Below, in pieces: positions 36,536-49,446 of a DNA stretch of 64,000 bases (positions are counted from its first letter, which is position 1; each line of letters opens with the position of its first letter). Under the pieces are notes generated by a model. That model was given only the letters and a program-made list of their open reading frames with translations, ran no database searches and was not told the DNA's origin. Both the position numbers and the translations under genes were made by a program. The stretch comes from Octopus sinensis (Eukaryota): contig NC_043013.1 in assembly GCF_006345805.1 (NCBI RefSeq), forward strand, positions 56,544,001-56,608,000, in the 5' to 3' direction.

Positions 36536-37420
36536 TTTAGTGAATCCACAGTTGCATGATAAAGAAATTGTTTGGACAAATTGTAGCATGGAAGACTTGT
36601 GGCATTGAGAATTGTTTCTATTCCAGGAATAAAGCCTGTCCAGACCTTTGCCCATGATGAACCACAAAGAAGATTAGGTTTTGGTACCTGCACAATTTGC
36701 AAAGGTACAATGCATGTGGCCAGTTAAATGTTTTCATTTAAACACAAAAGGGGTTAAATATAAAAAAGGGTTTCAGATATTTGAATCTGTGAGATATTAT
36801 TTAAACCCAGCTCAGCTTTGAAATCTCACACCTCTGATCAAAGACAAGCAAACCACGGCGACACCATCTTAATTTCATACAAAATATATCAAGGAGTACA
36901 TTATCCAATGTGTCAATGTTTTGTTAAGTTGTAGTGCATAATTTAAAGGAGATTCAGTAGCTCACTTCCAGCAGTTCTGCCAGCTTCATAGCATTTTCTT
37001 TGATGGTTCAAAGTGATTTTATGTTTGTCTATGAACAGATGTATGTGCGTGTGTGTGCGTGTGTGCATGTGTGTGTGTGCGTTTGTGTGTGCGCGTGTGT
37101 GTGTGTATTTACACCACTTTAGCAACGTAGGAAGTATATCTACACCTCAGAAAGTTAACACTTGATAGCTTCGCACTTAGCTTTAAATATGCATAACAAA
37201 AAAGAATAGAGTCCCAGCTCACCACAAGACCAACATCTTCCTCTATTTTTGCAGTGTTAAACCTGAATCTTACAGGATGACAAGTTTCTTGATGGTGACA
37301 CAATGATTTGATGTGTTATAGGGGGGGGGAAATAAGACTTCGATGACAGGAATCTCAGAGGCCATTAATATAAAAAAAACAGAAGAGGATGATAATGAGA
37401 AACAATAAACAAAAATTAAC

Positions 37421-37507
37421 CTGTCTCATGTTGCATTTTCGCCTCGTCCCCCTGACTCCAGCTGCTTTGTAGATGTCTTACCAGATACAGCAAACCTTCA
37501 TCACCGA
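37421..37507 (-). CDS. Candidate internal exon (87 bp, phase 1-1): GDEGLLYLVRHLQSSWSQGDEAKMQHET
   Basis: ttctcacAG acceptor, GTTAAT donor (alternative GTAAGA donor after 37482), no stop, non-repetitive, phase-compatible with 38227-38391. Confidence 0.4.
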
Positions 37508-38069
37508 CTGTGAGAAGCCATTATTTATTAATAAGAAAAGTCATTCTGTAGTAGAATGAAAACTGTTAGGGAACGAATATTTAAATGTAAGTTTGTTAAT
37601 GGTTAATTAGGTGGTGGTAATTAGTTGTCATTTTTGAACTGCAGGTGAGAGCTGGAATCAAAGGTGTTCCAGACTTCCTTATTTGAAGATATGGCTAGAG
37701 GGAGATTCAGCAACTATTTCTAGCAGTCTGAGTGGCTTGGAGAAGCTCCTTGATAGGCTTGTGTTCAGTTTGATTGTAACAGTGTGTGTTCTCTTGAAAG
37801 TGCATAGTCTAGTGATTGCAATATCATGGTTTCGATTCCCAGGCCAGGCAGTGCAAAATACTTCATTTCTTGTTTTCTCTGCAATCATTTCAACATCATG
37901 CATGTAGCACACCTGTGCACCTGTACAAGTAATATTGATTTGATAAGGGGAGTGGACAGCATAGACATTTGATCACTATAAGCAAATCATCCTTGTGGCT
38001 GTTTTGGCAGGAAATTGTGGGACCCTCATCAGTTGTATGATAATAAGAGAGTCCATAATATTGTCTTAG

Positions 38070-38215
38070 GTGAAGGCCCGTGGTTAAGTGGGTAGGGTGT
38101 TGCATTCATGATTGTAAGATAATGGTTTTAGTCCCTGGATTGGGTGATGTATTGTGTTCTTGAGTAAAACATTTCATGTCACTCCAAACCACTCAGCTGG
38201 CATAAGGGAGTGACT
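38070..38215 (+). mobile_element. SINE family C head (degenerate)
   Basis: gtggttaagtgggtaggg...ttgtgttcttgagtaaaacatttcat...ccactcagctggca. Confidence 0.6.
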
Positions 38216-38226
38216 TTCTGATGAAC

Positions 38227-38391
38227 CTGTGTTCTTGTCTGGATGTGGAGGCAGGTGGGGATGGTGTGGAAATCCATTTGAAACAGAATCCTGGAAACGA
38301 ACCTTGTGAGCTAATGGCTTGGGAAGGACCTTTTGTCTTTTATTTTTGATGTTCTCTTGAAGAACTTCCAATTGAAGACAAGATCCAATTG
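38227..38391 (-). CDS. Candidate internal exon (165 bp, phase 1-1): IGSCLQLEVLQENIKNKRQKVLPKPLAHKVRFQDSVSNGFPHHPHLPPHPDKNT
   Basis: tttctcatttcttgattcAG acceptor, weak GTTCAT donor, open frame. Confidence 0.35.
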
Positions 38392-39299
38392 CTGAATCAA
38401 GAAATGAGAAACTCAGACAAATATTTTATATCTTCACATATCTCTAACTCAAGATTCCATCATTCGTGACAAATAACTTTCAGAGATTGTAATCAGTAAG
38501 TTGATACTTTCATGCAGCATTGACCACACAAATCCACACAAAGATTTCCCAAACATAAAGGTTTACTTTATATTTAAGAAACTACAAAGAATTATTAGAA
38601 AGTTCCGAAAAAGCTTTGAGATATTTATTCCGTCAGTTTATTGTCTGAAGTCAAATTCTGCCAAGATTAACATTGTTTCATTTTTTGTTTTGTTAGTAGA
38701 AAGGGATCGATAATATATAGGTACCAGTCAAATACTGGGGTCAATAGTGTTGACTAAATCTGTCCCTTCAAAACTTCTGACCTTGTGCCTTGATTACAAC
38801 CCATTATTCTTCCTCAGCTAATCATCCGAAAACCATCGCTCTTCCTTTGCAAATATCCAAGTGCCACACACCATTCAAAGCTAAGAATTCTTTATTATTC
38901 ATATTAGTAACAATGCAGGAAATATATATAAAATAGCTGCACCCATGGAAATTGCATGGGTATTTAGAACAGACTTTGGTGGTTGGAATTTTATAGAGAA
39001 CTATGAAAAGTTTAATTTCCTTTGAACTTGTATTTCGATTGAAACATTTGATCTTTAGATGGTTTAACAGTTCCCATATTTTAGTTACAGCTATGAGAAC
39101 ACTATTGATAATAATATCCATTGATAATCTGGTTTGGTTCATCTGGGAAACTAATGTCTTAATAAGAATTTATCGCGGTTTTATATAGATATACGTTTTG
39201 CATGTTTAGTTTTGTTGGAAATTTTTATAAAATATAGTTGTATTGCTTTCTGGTATTGTGGGTCATCTGTTGGGCATTTGTAGACAGGAATGATTTGGG

Positions 39300-40337
39300 G
39301 GAAGACATGGAAGCCCACAGACACAACATCTAGTGAATAGAGTGGGTACAGAAGTGATGCTCTGTTGTTTCTGTTGAGAAAGTCGCGAATGAGGAGAGCT
39401 CAGTGACAGGGTGCATTGTTGTTGCAAAGAATCCGATTCTTTGCCCTCCACAGATTCGGTCCTTTTCATTGAATTTCTTCCCTCAAATGCTTCAAACCAT
39501 CACAGTAGAACTCTCGATTGATGTTCTGACCCCAGGGGACAAATTCTAGATGCACAATACCATGGGTGATTAAACAAACGATGAGCATGCTCTTCACTGA
39601 GCTGCGGCTCTGTCGTGTCTTCTTTGGTCTAGAGATGAAGGCCTCTTGCATTCATCTAAGGATCGTACCTGTTGATCCAACTCTTGTCACCAGTGATGCT
39701 CTTTAACATGGAGGATGGGTCATCAGCTGCATGCTAATGAACATCTTGACAGACTTTGACACCATATTCTCTCTGATCGGTGATGAGCAGGTGGGGGACA
39801 AACTTGCCAGAGACATGCTGCATGTTCAATTCAGATGTTAGGATTGCCTGCACGGATCCATACATCAGACCAGCAACATCAGCAATGCTATTGATTGTCT
39901 TCTGGCGATTCTTATGCCCAAGCTGATGAATTTTTCCCCACACTCCTGGGGGTGACACTTATGGCAGGACTTTCAGATTGCTGACTGTCTTCCAGGGACA
40001 TTTAAAGCACCCATAAACTTTGCCTACAACCCTCTGCTTCGTCGCCATAAGCTTGCTGATGTAGGCTCAATGTCTCTGTAGCAGACTTACCAAGTTTTAA
40101 TGCAAATTTTCATGTTAACACTTTGTTGCAACTTTGTGTCCACGACAAAATCACAGACTACAGAATATATGTGATCACAAAAAGCACAAATTTCACAACG
40201 AGTGGATAAACACAGCGATGTCACTCAGCACACAGTCTTATGAAGGTCACTGCTTACTCTCACTGTGCACGCAACCATGGTCTGTCATCTGCTGGTGCCC
40301 TGAACAACTAGTCCTGGAACTTTTTGATACCACCTCA
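39300..40337 (-). mobile_element. Degenerate mariner transposon
   Basis: 5' end TA|tgaggtggtatcaaaaagttcc; fragments KFVPHLL, SVKSMLIV...GIVHLEFVPWGQNINREFYC, NNAPCH. Confidence 0.8.
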
Positions 40338-40343
40338 TATATA

Positions 40344-40471
40344 TATAATCAAAATAAGCAACAAGGATATCCAGAGATAATTCAGTACGATTGTTTCATG
40401 CAACTCCGTTTAAATGGGGCCACATGGTACTGCATTACCTCTGGATATCCTTGTTGCTTATTTTGGTTATA
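40344..40471. mobile_element. 128-bp MITE-like element with 33-bp (extendable to ~46-bp) inverted ends, TA-flanked
   Basis: tataatcaaaataagcaacaaggatatccagag / ctctggatatccttgttgcttattttggttata (1 mismatch). Confidence 0.75.
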
Positions 40472-40606
40472 ATCACCTCATTTTAAATTATATGGATAAT
40501 ACCATACTACATTCTGGTGCTTTCAACTTAACTACCATATTCATCTGTATCTAAATTTTACTCACTTATATGTGTGTTTGTATGTATATATGTTTATATA
40601 TGTATA

Positions 40607-40925
40607 TGTGGAGGTGCAATGGCCCAGTGGTTAGGGCAGCGGACTCGCGGTTGTAGGATCGTGGTTTCGATTCCCAGACAGGGCGTTGTGAGTGTTTATT
40701 GAGCGAAAACACCTAAAAAAGAAAAAGCTCCATGAGGCTCCGGCAGGGTGGTGGTGGCGATCTCTGCTGTACTGTTTCGCCACTCTTTCTTTCACTCTTT
40801 CTTCTGTCGGCCTGCTCGCTTAGCCAGCGGGGTGGCGTCATTCGAGGGCTAAAACAATGCGAACGCATTGTGACCAGCGATGTGTAACTACATCTGATGG
40901 ACTGGTCGGTCACGTGATCACGTGA
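40607..40925 (+). mobile_element. tRNA-derived SINE, family D
   Basis: A box tggcccagtgg, B box gtttcgattcc, tail gtgaccagcgatgtgtaactacatctgatgg...cacgtgatcacgtg; tail fragment also at ~53470-53555. Confidence 0.8.
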
Positions 40926-41219
40926 TATATGTATACATATGTGTGTGTGTGTGTGTATGTGTGTGTGTGTGTGGTGTGTGTGTGTGTGTGCATTTGTGTG
41001 TGTGTGTATGTGAATATGTCTCAATACTCTTTTTGGTGTTTAGAAGGTTGCGCATAGTGAGAAATTTACATCCCAAGGGAGAGAACCGCCATCTTTCAAT
41101 GCTGATACATAGAAGAATGATGGATAACTAGAACCAAGCAAATACACACAACCTGTATATAAATACAATGGCCCAGCAACTAAATTCGTTTAAAGGAGGC
41201 AAACTTTTCAGCCCACTTT

Positions 41220-41550
41220 TGCACATATGTGAAAGTGTTTCAAATATTCCCAAAACATTTTCTACTCTTGATCATTTTGGCAATAAAACTTTCCCTGAAT
41301 ATGTACAAAGCACTTTTCTTGTACAAGTTTTTATGCACAAGCCTTATGGCACAGTGTGTTAGGCAGTGATGCATCATTGTGGTTCCAAACCACAACGACG
41401 TAGCACTGCCTAACACACTGGGCCGTAATGCAGGTGCATAAAAATTTGTGCAATGAAAATGCTTCTCACATCCTCATGGAAAGGTTTGTTACCAAAATGA
41501 GAGCAGAACATTCTTTAGAATAATTTGAAGCACTTTTCCACGTTCATGAG
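41220..41550. repeat. Old foldback element (~165-bp arms, 3-nt loop at ~41385)
   Basis: Core cagtgtgttaggcagtg / cactgcctaacacactg is perfect; the outer arms align with mismatches. Confidence 0.8.
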
Positions 41551-41759
41551 ACAGAATAAGCTGCATTTGCATCAACGCTTGCCAGAACGAAGAACAGCAC
41601 CAGAAGCTCTCCATTTCCAACAATGTCATGCAGTTATTTGGGAAAAGTTTCTTTTTCCGTCTATGGGCCAGTAAGGAGCTTGATTTGTGATGATAGTGAG
41701 GGCAATCATCATCATTGTTTAACGTCCGATTTCCATATAGAAAAGGCAGGGATGCATTT

Positions 41760-42880
41760 GCAAGCTCAAACATCCCACAGCTGACTTCTGATAAATGCAA
41801 AACTCCTCTCGCTCACAGCAGATGCACATTCCCTCTTGCTGAAAGTGGGGATTCGATTCATTTTTGATGACATCAATGAAAAACGGCCGATGCCAGTCAT
41901 TGATGACAGAGAGAGCACCTTCTTCAGTAGTTGCAGTATGTCTGAAACACTTATTTTATTGATCTCAAATTGATGAAAAACAAAGTTAACCCTGGCAGGT
42001 TTAGCACTCAAAATATATATTATTCTTGGAACGAAAAGTGTAGGCATTTTCTGAAAGTCATCAGAAATAGTTTTCAAAAACTTTCTCACTTCTCATTTTT
42101 GAAAGAGAGTTCTTCAACTTCCTGATCAGCTTCAAGCAGTCTCTAGTTGTGCCTGAATGCCATAAGCTACATACCACAGATTCACATGTTGCAAATACAT
42201 TCCCAGACACCTTAATATTGTTTCAGCAGTCATTTGGACAGTAGCCTTTGGTGTTGCTCATAGCAATGCATCATTCAGAAACTCTGGCAAGAAACCCTTA
42301 ATCTTCTTATAGTTGCTTTACACCTGTTTCAGTGCTGTTGCTGAAATGCACCAATGAGTTGGATACACAGTTTGCAATATGACCATCTCACAACAAAGGC
42401 TTGACCATTGTGGTTTTCTTTTTGATGACTCTTTCAGAAAAATGGCTCATTAGTGAACAAAGCCAACTTCTTGGAGGACAAGGTCCAGAGAATGGTTTCT
42501 GTAATGTGCAAAATATGTACAAGGAAACATGTCTTTTAATCTCGTTTGTATGCCTGGAATGTTTGTATGCAAGGTATTGGCACCATCAAATGGAAAGCAG
42601 ATATTGTTCAATAGTATATCTTTCTTGGATTTCCATGAGAATTCTATGACCAGCTTCACCAGTTAACCTTTTAGACTTTTTTTATCAATTTATTTTTCTC
42701 CTTTGTTCTTGTTTTGAAAAGAAACCTAACTTCAAGCAACTTTTTACAGATCAGTTTTTAGACACAGTCTTCTAAACCAGGCAATGTATGGAGGGGGTGG
42801 AAAGTTTGAGTTTGCACACCACAAAAATTTTAAGGGTTGCAAGCACACTCCCTGCAGCCTCTGCTCTCAGGACCTTGTAT
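41760..42880 (-). mobile_element. Degenerate hAT transposon (ZMYM1-like transposase remnant)
   Basis: FDGANTLHTNIPGIQTRLK...AHYRNHSLDLVLQEV and SAVSERSF motifs; probable 5' end near 42880 resembles 1070-1135. Confidence 0.65.
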
Positions 42881-43584
42881 AAGTACGCATTATATGTTAA
42901 TGAAATTCTGACAATGTATGTCAAATATCCTGGCTGAGCTGAAGCTAGACTTATATTTCTGTTTTACATGTTTGAAATAAGAAATGTCCATCTGACAAAT
43001 ATCTCTTCTCAGCAATGCCAGAGATAACAATATTGATTTTGTGCATCGTAATTATACAACAGATGATTAATAATATACTTCAAGGCTGCTATTGATTTTA
43101 ATCTCTAATAATAATAATAATAAAAATAATAATAACAATGATAATGTAATGATGATGATTTCTTATATGGTCAGAAGATGTCAGACTTTGCTGAGTGGGA
43201 GGAGCAGTTGATTCTAATGATCTTTGTTGTACTTGTTCTGTACTTTATTTTATCGATCTCAAAAGAATGTGCACCTCAGAGTCATTTAATCTTGGAATAT
43301 CCAGCACTCTCACGATTCTGATAATTCCTCCTCCTCCACCTCCTCCTCCTCATCCTACTACTACTACTACTACTACTACTACAATGACGATCACAACAAC
43401 AGCGAGTAGAAGAAACTATGAGAATGGTGAAAGGGCAAAGGCAGTTTAGAGTGAATAAGACCCATTAATCTTGTGCTATTGATTCCAGGACCATTTCTTT
43501 ATTGATGGGGCCACAATAAAAAAAGCATCCAGTGCCCTCTTTGGAGTGGTTGATGTTAGGAAGGGCATCCAACTATAGAAACCA

Positions 43585-43745
43585 TTATTTACATTATTTA
43601 TATTTGATGGATATTTGTCCTCATCTTGTTTGGTTTTAACACAAAGTTTCAGTTGATATACCTTCCAGCCTTCATCAGGTGTCTTGGGGAAATTTTGAAC
43701 CTGGGTTCTCATTCCTAAGGTATTTCTCAATGTTATTGTTATTAT
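43585..43745 (-). mobile_element. Headless inverted copy of the tail of the 43760-44010 element, with degraded hammerhead
   Basis: Reverse complement: acattgagaaataccttaggaatgagaacccagg...gacacCTGATGAaggctgg...ctGAAActttgtgtt. Confidence 0.8.
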
Positions 43746-43759
43746 TATTATTATGCCCA

Positions 43760-44010
43760 TGTGCATATGGCGTAGTGGTTAAGAGTGCGGGCTCCTAACC
43801 CTAAGATTCAGAGTTTGATTCCAGGCAGTGACCTGAATAATAATAATAATAACAACATTGAAAAATACCTTAGGAATGAGAACCCAGGTTTGGAATTTCC
43901 GCAAGACACCTGATGAAGGCTGGAGGGTATATCAGCCGAAACGTTGTATTAACAACAAACAAGATGAGGACAAATATACAGCAAATGTAAATAATATACA
44001 TAATACCTCA
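43760..44010 (+). mobile_element. tRNA-headed SINE-like element with (AAT)n linker and minimal hammerhead-like motif in the tail
   Basis: A box tggcgtagtgg (43768), B-box-like gtttgattcc, then gacac-CTGATGA(43910)-A-GGCTG..CAGCC-GAAA-CG-T-T-gtatt. Confidence 0.75.
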
Positions 44011-45864
44011 TCTTTTAAATATAGAGCTGTATAGAAACCATGCTGAAATGAATATGGAATGTAAAATATAATGGTTGAGAGTGGAAGGTGGAAGAATCAG
44101 TTGAGCATTGATAAATCTCTTGTGCTATTTGGTTATAGATCTTTGCATAATAAGTTCAAATCCAAGCAGTGCCAAGTTTTGCTTTCGGTTTTTGTTTTAT
44201 GGTTTTAAGTCAGTGGTTCTGAACCCCTTTTATATTTACCTATGGATCCCCTTTGATTCCTATTTTATTCAGATAGATCTCCACAGCTATTCAATATTTA
44301 ATAAAAAATTCTGATATTTTTATTGCTAGATATTATTAGCCATCATATGAAAGAACTTGATAAAGTATTTTGTATATTGTTGTAGTGTAACTGATTTATT
44401 GCACACAAATTTTAATGGCAAAATCTTATATGGACCCTAGTTGGTTGAGAACCACTGTTTTAGATCACTCTGAGCAGAAAGCAGCATAAGTAGTGTTGAC
44501 AGTTAATAAAATATAATACCAGTTAAATACTGGGGTTGATAAGATTGTCTGCTCCCTTGCACCAAACTTGTGACTTTACATATCACTAAGACTTAGCGAT
44601 TGGTGTAACACTAAAAATATAAACATTTAATATCAAAGTTATGGAAAAAAAATTGAGAACATATGGTAGTGATAACACTGCTACCCACCTATATCTTTCA
44701 GATTATTATTGCTTCAATTTGTTCCCACTGCTTTTTTTATCTGGTTGTCCTCATCACTATTTCTGATAAATACTATCATACAGTTTATACCGTTTAAATG
44801 ACTATTTAACTGTGATTCAAGCACGTCTGCTGGAATAATATTCACTAAAGATAAACCAATAACAAAGCCCCATAACATGTATGGCAGCATATGATATTTT
44901 ACTACTCAGACCTCATCTTGGTGCCAGTAGGGTTCAATGAAATGTCTATTAGCATAATTCTTGAAATCTTGAAATTGTTTCAGCTTCAAAGCTGTAGTCA
45001 TGCTGGAGCACAACCACTGTATTTTCACTTGGTGTTCGTCTAAACAGATTAATCACGTCTGCTCAAATGACACGCTTCGTTTCCAAAATGTATTTATTGT
45101 TGCAGATGCAACATCACTTGCCAGGAACAATTGCTACAATTTATCAGCCAAAATTCAGAATTGGTTCTTCTCACAGATGATATAGAACATATATCATTTG
45201 ATTCTACAAATAGTTTTCCTATCTTAGAACACAATGCAGTGACATTTTAATCAATGCCAAAACTCCAAGTGGAATTGCTGCTGAACTGATGTTTTTAGTA
45301 TTCTACAGTTAATAATGCTGCTGATAATCTCTCAGGTTGGAACCTAAAACAGGAAGTTTCTAAAAGAAGCAAACAAAACCCCTGTACCATTCTTGTCTGT
45401 GTGTTCAATTGTATCATCTGTGGATGGAATAAATTATATTTTGTATTTGTTGTATTTTCTTTTTCTTATATTTGTGTGTTTTGTTATAGCCTATGATTTT
45501 CTATATATTTCACGTTTTGTTATTTGTGTTGTTTTTATCTAATATTATGTATATTTTTTTGTTCTATTTTGTGTGTTTTGTTACTTTTGTAATTTTGTTA
45601 TACCATCAACTAGAAATTGTAAGAACTTTGTGACCAAAATGAAAAGAAAGGGAACTAAAAATGTGAATTCTAGGCATTTTTTCTTTATAATTCCTTAATT
45701 TCACATTTAAAGTTCCAATCCCACTTCATATTATAATAAAATGATTATTTCCCTATAATAGCTGGCATCATCAAAGCAACCAAGTGTATTTATTGCATTT
45801 TGTGTGTTTTGTTATAATTTATGTCTTTTTAATATTTCTTGTGTGTATGATGGTAAATTAGAAG

Positions 45865-46060
45865 AATCTTTAGCATTGCTGGACAATTTGCTTCGTGGCA
45901 TTTCACCTGCCTTTATGCTTTGGGTTCAAATTCTGCTGAGGTCAGTATTACTTTGCATCCCTCTGGGATCAATAAAATAAGTACCAGTTGCTCATTAGGG
46001 TTGATGTAATCAACTTATCTCCTCCCTGAAAATGCTGGTCATGTGCTATAATTTGAAACC
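45865..46060 (+). mobile_element. SINE family A (degenerate)
   Basis: ggttcaaattctgctgagg...aataaaataagtaccagttg...gaaaatgctggtcatgtgc. Confidence 0.65.
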
Positions 46061-46384
46061 CGTGTGTTTTGTGTGACTTTGTTATATTTTGTCAGTTGGT
46101 CACTTCCTCTCTGTCCAGTGATGCAAAGACACATAAAACACTACCACAGATGACTGCTCTACCAATTCCCTTCCACAGCCATGAAGTAGGGACCCACATT
46201 ACTCATCATTTGAACCTACCTTTCACCTGATATATTGTAATTATTATAAATATTTGTTAATTAATCAACAAACCAAGACGTTTTAATTAGTTGGTCATAA
46301 ACACCATATATGTTACCTGTAGAGCTTGTTTCTCCTCTGATAGAATTGTGCATTTCAGAACTGCACAATTCTATTGTCTGTCTT

Positions 46385-46535
46385 GACATTTTGAGTTCAA
46401 ATTCTGCCAAGGTCGACTTTGCCTTTCATCCTTTTGGGGGTCAATAAATTAAGTACCAGTTGCATACTGGGGTCGATTTAGTCAACTGGCCCCCTCCCCA
46501 AAATTTTGAGCCTTGTGCCTAGAGTAGAAAAGAAT
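46385..46535 (+). mobile_element. SINE family A (headless)
   Basis: gagttcaaattctgccaaggtcgactttgcc...ccttgtgcctagagtagaaaagaat. Confidence 0.75.
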
Positions 46536-47883
46536 TACACAATTTTAGGTTTAGTCCCTCATAGTGGCACCTCGATCAAATGTATTTTATGATAAAACAC
46601 ATTTGTTTGAGGTGCCAGTGTGAGGGATGCTTTATTGGTGAAATTTATAGAAATGGAGATACAGATATAAACACCCTCAAAGTATTGAGCTCCAGTGGCC
46701 AGAAGATACTTGCCCAACACCTGGTGTGGTGGGATCAAATACAGAACCCTATGGTATTCATGTGAACTCCTTAATCCTAAAACTTTTCATACTCCTAATC
46801 ATTAGATTCCTGAATAACCTTAAAAAAACTGCTGTTAAAATACATGTCTAACCAGCAAAGAAATAGTGACTGACCACCATCAAGGGAATGTTCTAGGTAT
46901 ATTGAATTCTTAACATACACCACCACCACCACTGATATCATTTCTGCCACAACCATCATCACCAGCTCCACCACCACAACAACAACAATAACAACAAGAA
47001 CAACAACACACTTGTTTCCTGTTGTGGTTCTCTTCATAGCATTTGTATTGAACTTTGAAATGAAACGTTCATTCTGTGCAGTGAAGCCAGGGAAATCAAA
47101 CATGACGAATGCCACCACACGGAAGGAAAAATCCAAACAGTGTGTTTCCTTGAAACTATTGCCATTCTCAGAGCTGAACATTTAGAATTAACTGATTTGA
47201 TGAAAGTTGATTTGAAGAAACATAAATTTCTAAGATTGACTAATGAAGGCTGAATTACCCAAAGAATACACCAAAATTTGCTCAAGTTCATTGATAAAGT
47301 GAGACAGGCTTTAACATGCTCACTGCATGTGCCACAATAAATACATTAATCTTCTTCACTTGGCTGCTGTCATTTATCTCCATCATTGCTTTCTCTAAAG
47401 ACCTAATCCTCCTCCTCCTCCTTTGTCTTGATCAGTAATTGGTAGAGAGACTTAAATGTGTCTGTTTTGCTTATTTCCTTTTTGACTACGGTTACTTTAA
47501 AACAATGTTGGAATGCATAGCCATGGGTGTGAATGAGCTATACTGCACAGAACCACAGGCGTTCTATGTTCAAACGGTACCATTGGTATCCTTGGGGCCA
47601 GCCCATCGATGAAGCTTCTGTTCAGTCATTCAACCTGCTAGAAACAGTCCTTGTAGGATCGTAGATGAATTATTGTCTCAGAGAAGGACAGAGTTATAGA
47701 TATATGAATAAATGGGATGGTTATGACTGGAGCATCTTTGGTCTGTTGAATCAGCAACAACAACAACTCCATGTTTTCTAAGACTAAATCAATAAGACAT
47801 AGAAATTCAATGAACAATTGTTGTAAAAGAGATTTGATACAAACTAAGCAAAATTTATAGACAACTAGTTTGTCATATATTGC

Positions 47884-47965
47884 TGTTATGTCAATCTTGA
47901 CATTATGTTAATCTTGACATTATGTCAATATTGACGTTATGTTAAATATTGACGTTATGTTAATT
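47884..47965. repeat. 17-bp minisatellite with self-complementary unit
   Basis: cttgacattatgttaat / cttgacattatgtcaat / attgacgttatgttaa repeated 4-5 times. Confidence 0.7.
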
Positions 47966-49257
47966 GTATCACTTTCAATATTGTCATTAATGCTAATATT
48001 GGCATTACATCAACAAAGGTTTGATGCATCTACAAAGCAGCATCTTTTATGAAGGCATTGATGAGACTTTGTGGAACTCTTGACTAGTTTCCTTCAACTG
48101 TAGCTCTCCTCACATGCGCACACACACACACACTTTTGATATTTTGTTAATTGCTTTCAGAAAAGTTTTAAGTGATGTAGGGAATGCATAGCATTTAATT
48201 AAATCCACTGGCTGTTTATTCATTAGGAGAAGATAATTCAAGTGATGCATATTTTAACTAATTTAAGCAAAATGTCTGGCTGCACTCCCTTCCCAATTCC
48301 CCCACCCTACCCAGAAGACTGAAAGAATTGGATCAAGTGTCTTCCCTCGAACGCTCAATATTGATTTACAAGTGAGATGTTCAATATAAGGAATACCAAA
48401 AAATGTGACTGAATCAACATGATTGGCTACTGGTGACACTGCACATTGTTTTAGCCCTGGACATACAGGATTGAGCCACCATAGGTCCAGAGACACTCTG
48501 ATCATGACCACCCCATCTTTTTCCTGGACTCAGTGTGCTCAGGACTACAGGATGAAATGTGTCCTTATTTTCCAAGGTATGATTTTAGGGAAATGTGGCA
48601 ACTATTTCCAGCAGGTGAAGTGACAACACAAAGCCTCTTTATTCATATGGGTGATACACAACTGATGAAGAAATATGATAAGTTGCAGAAAAAGGGTTTC
48701 TGAAGAGGAGGAAAACCAAGGTTTTAGTGAGAGCGGAAGGGTTAAGGGTTATGTTGAATGTAACAGAATTATATTAGATAAGGAGAGGTTATTTTACAGA
48801 TCTGTCCAACCCACTCTGTATATAAAAAATAGCACTTGTGAAATTTAGGAAAATGACAAAAGCTTTGAGTGAACTTTGATTTTGATGACCTGTTTTCCAG
48901 ATCTTACACTAATTAAAACAAAAGACATTTCAAGGTTAAGAAGAACATTGATTTCATAGTTTATGTCACAGTGCCTCTGAGAATCTTACCAAACTCGAGA
49001 ATTCTGATTCCATCTTTAATGAATGTTTGATTCAAGAAAAATTAATCAGTTTAGAATTAGAACTTTTTTTTTAATCTTTTTTTTTTCTTGTTAGAATTAC
49101 TTCCATGATTCAGAAATTTCCATTTAAATCTAATTTAAATGTAATTACCCTAAATCTATATGTAAATCCATGAATGAATATTCTTTACTTTCACTCCTAA
49201 TCTGTCACACTGTGATATTTCCTCTTTAAACCACAGCGCTTTAATTTACTGTTTGAC

Positions 49258-49288
<31 letters not shown>

Positions 49289-49388
49289 AGGAAGAATGGA
49301 CAAGATATATCTAAAAGTTATTCAAGATGGAGAAAACTCATAAATAAGCTTATTCTTTTCTTATCAAACAAAAGCAGAAAACATTAAG

Positions 49389-49446
<58 letters not shown>

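Noticed and set aside
43760-43835. Functional tRNA gene
   Set aside because: No complete acceptor stem, B box mutated, and it continues into a repeat tail; treated as a SINE head (the same applies to the other tRNA-like heads)
45100-47290. Protein-like open frames near 45110-45250 (+) and 47010-47250 (both strands)
   Set aside because: Plausible splice sites occur on both strands with no recognisable motif, so they cannot be told from chance
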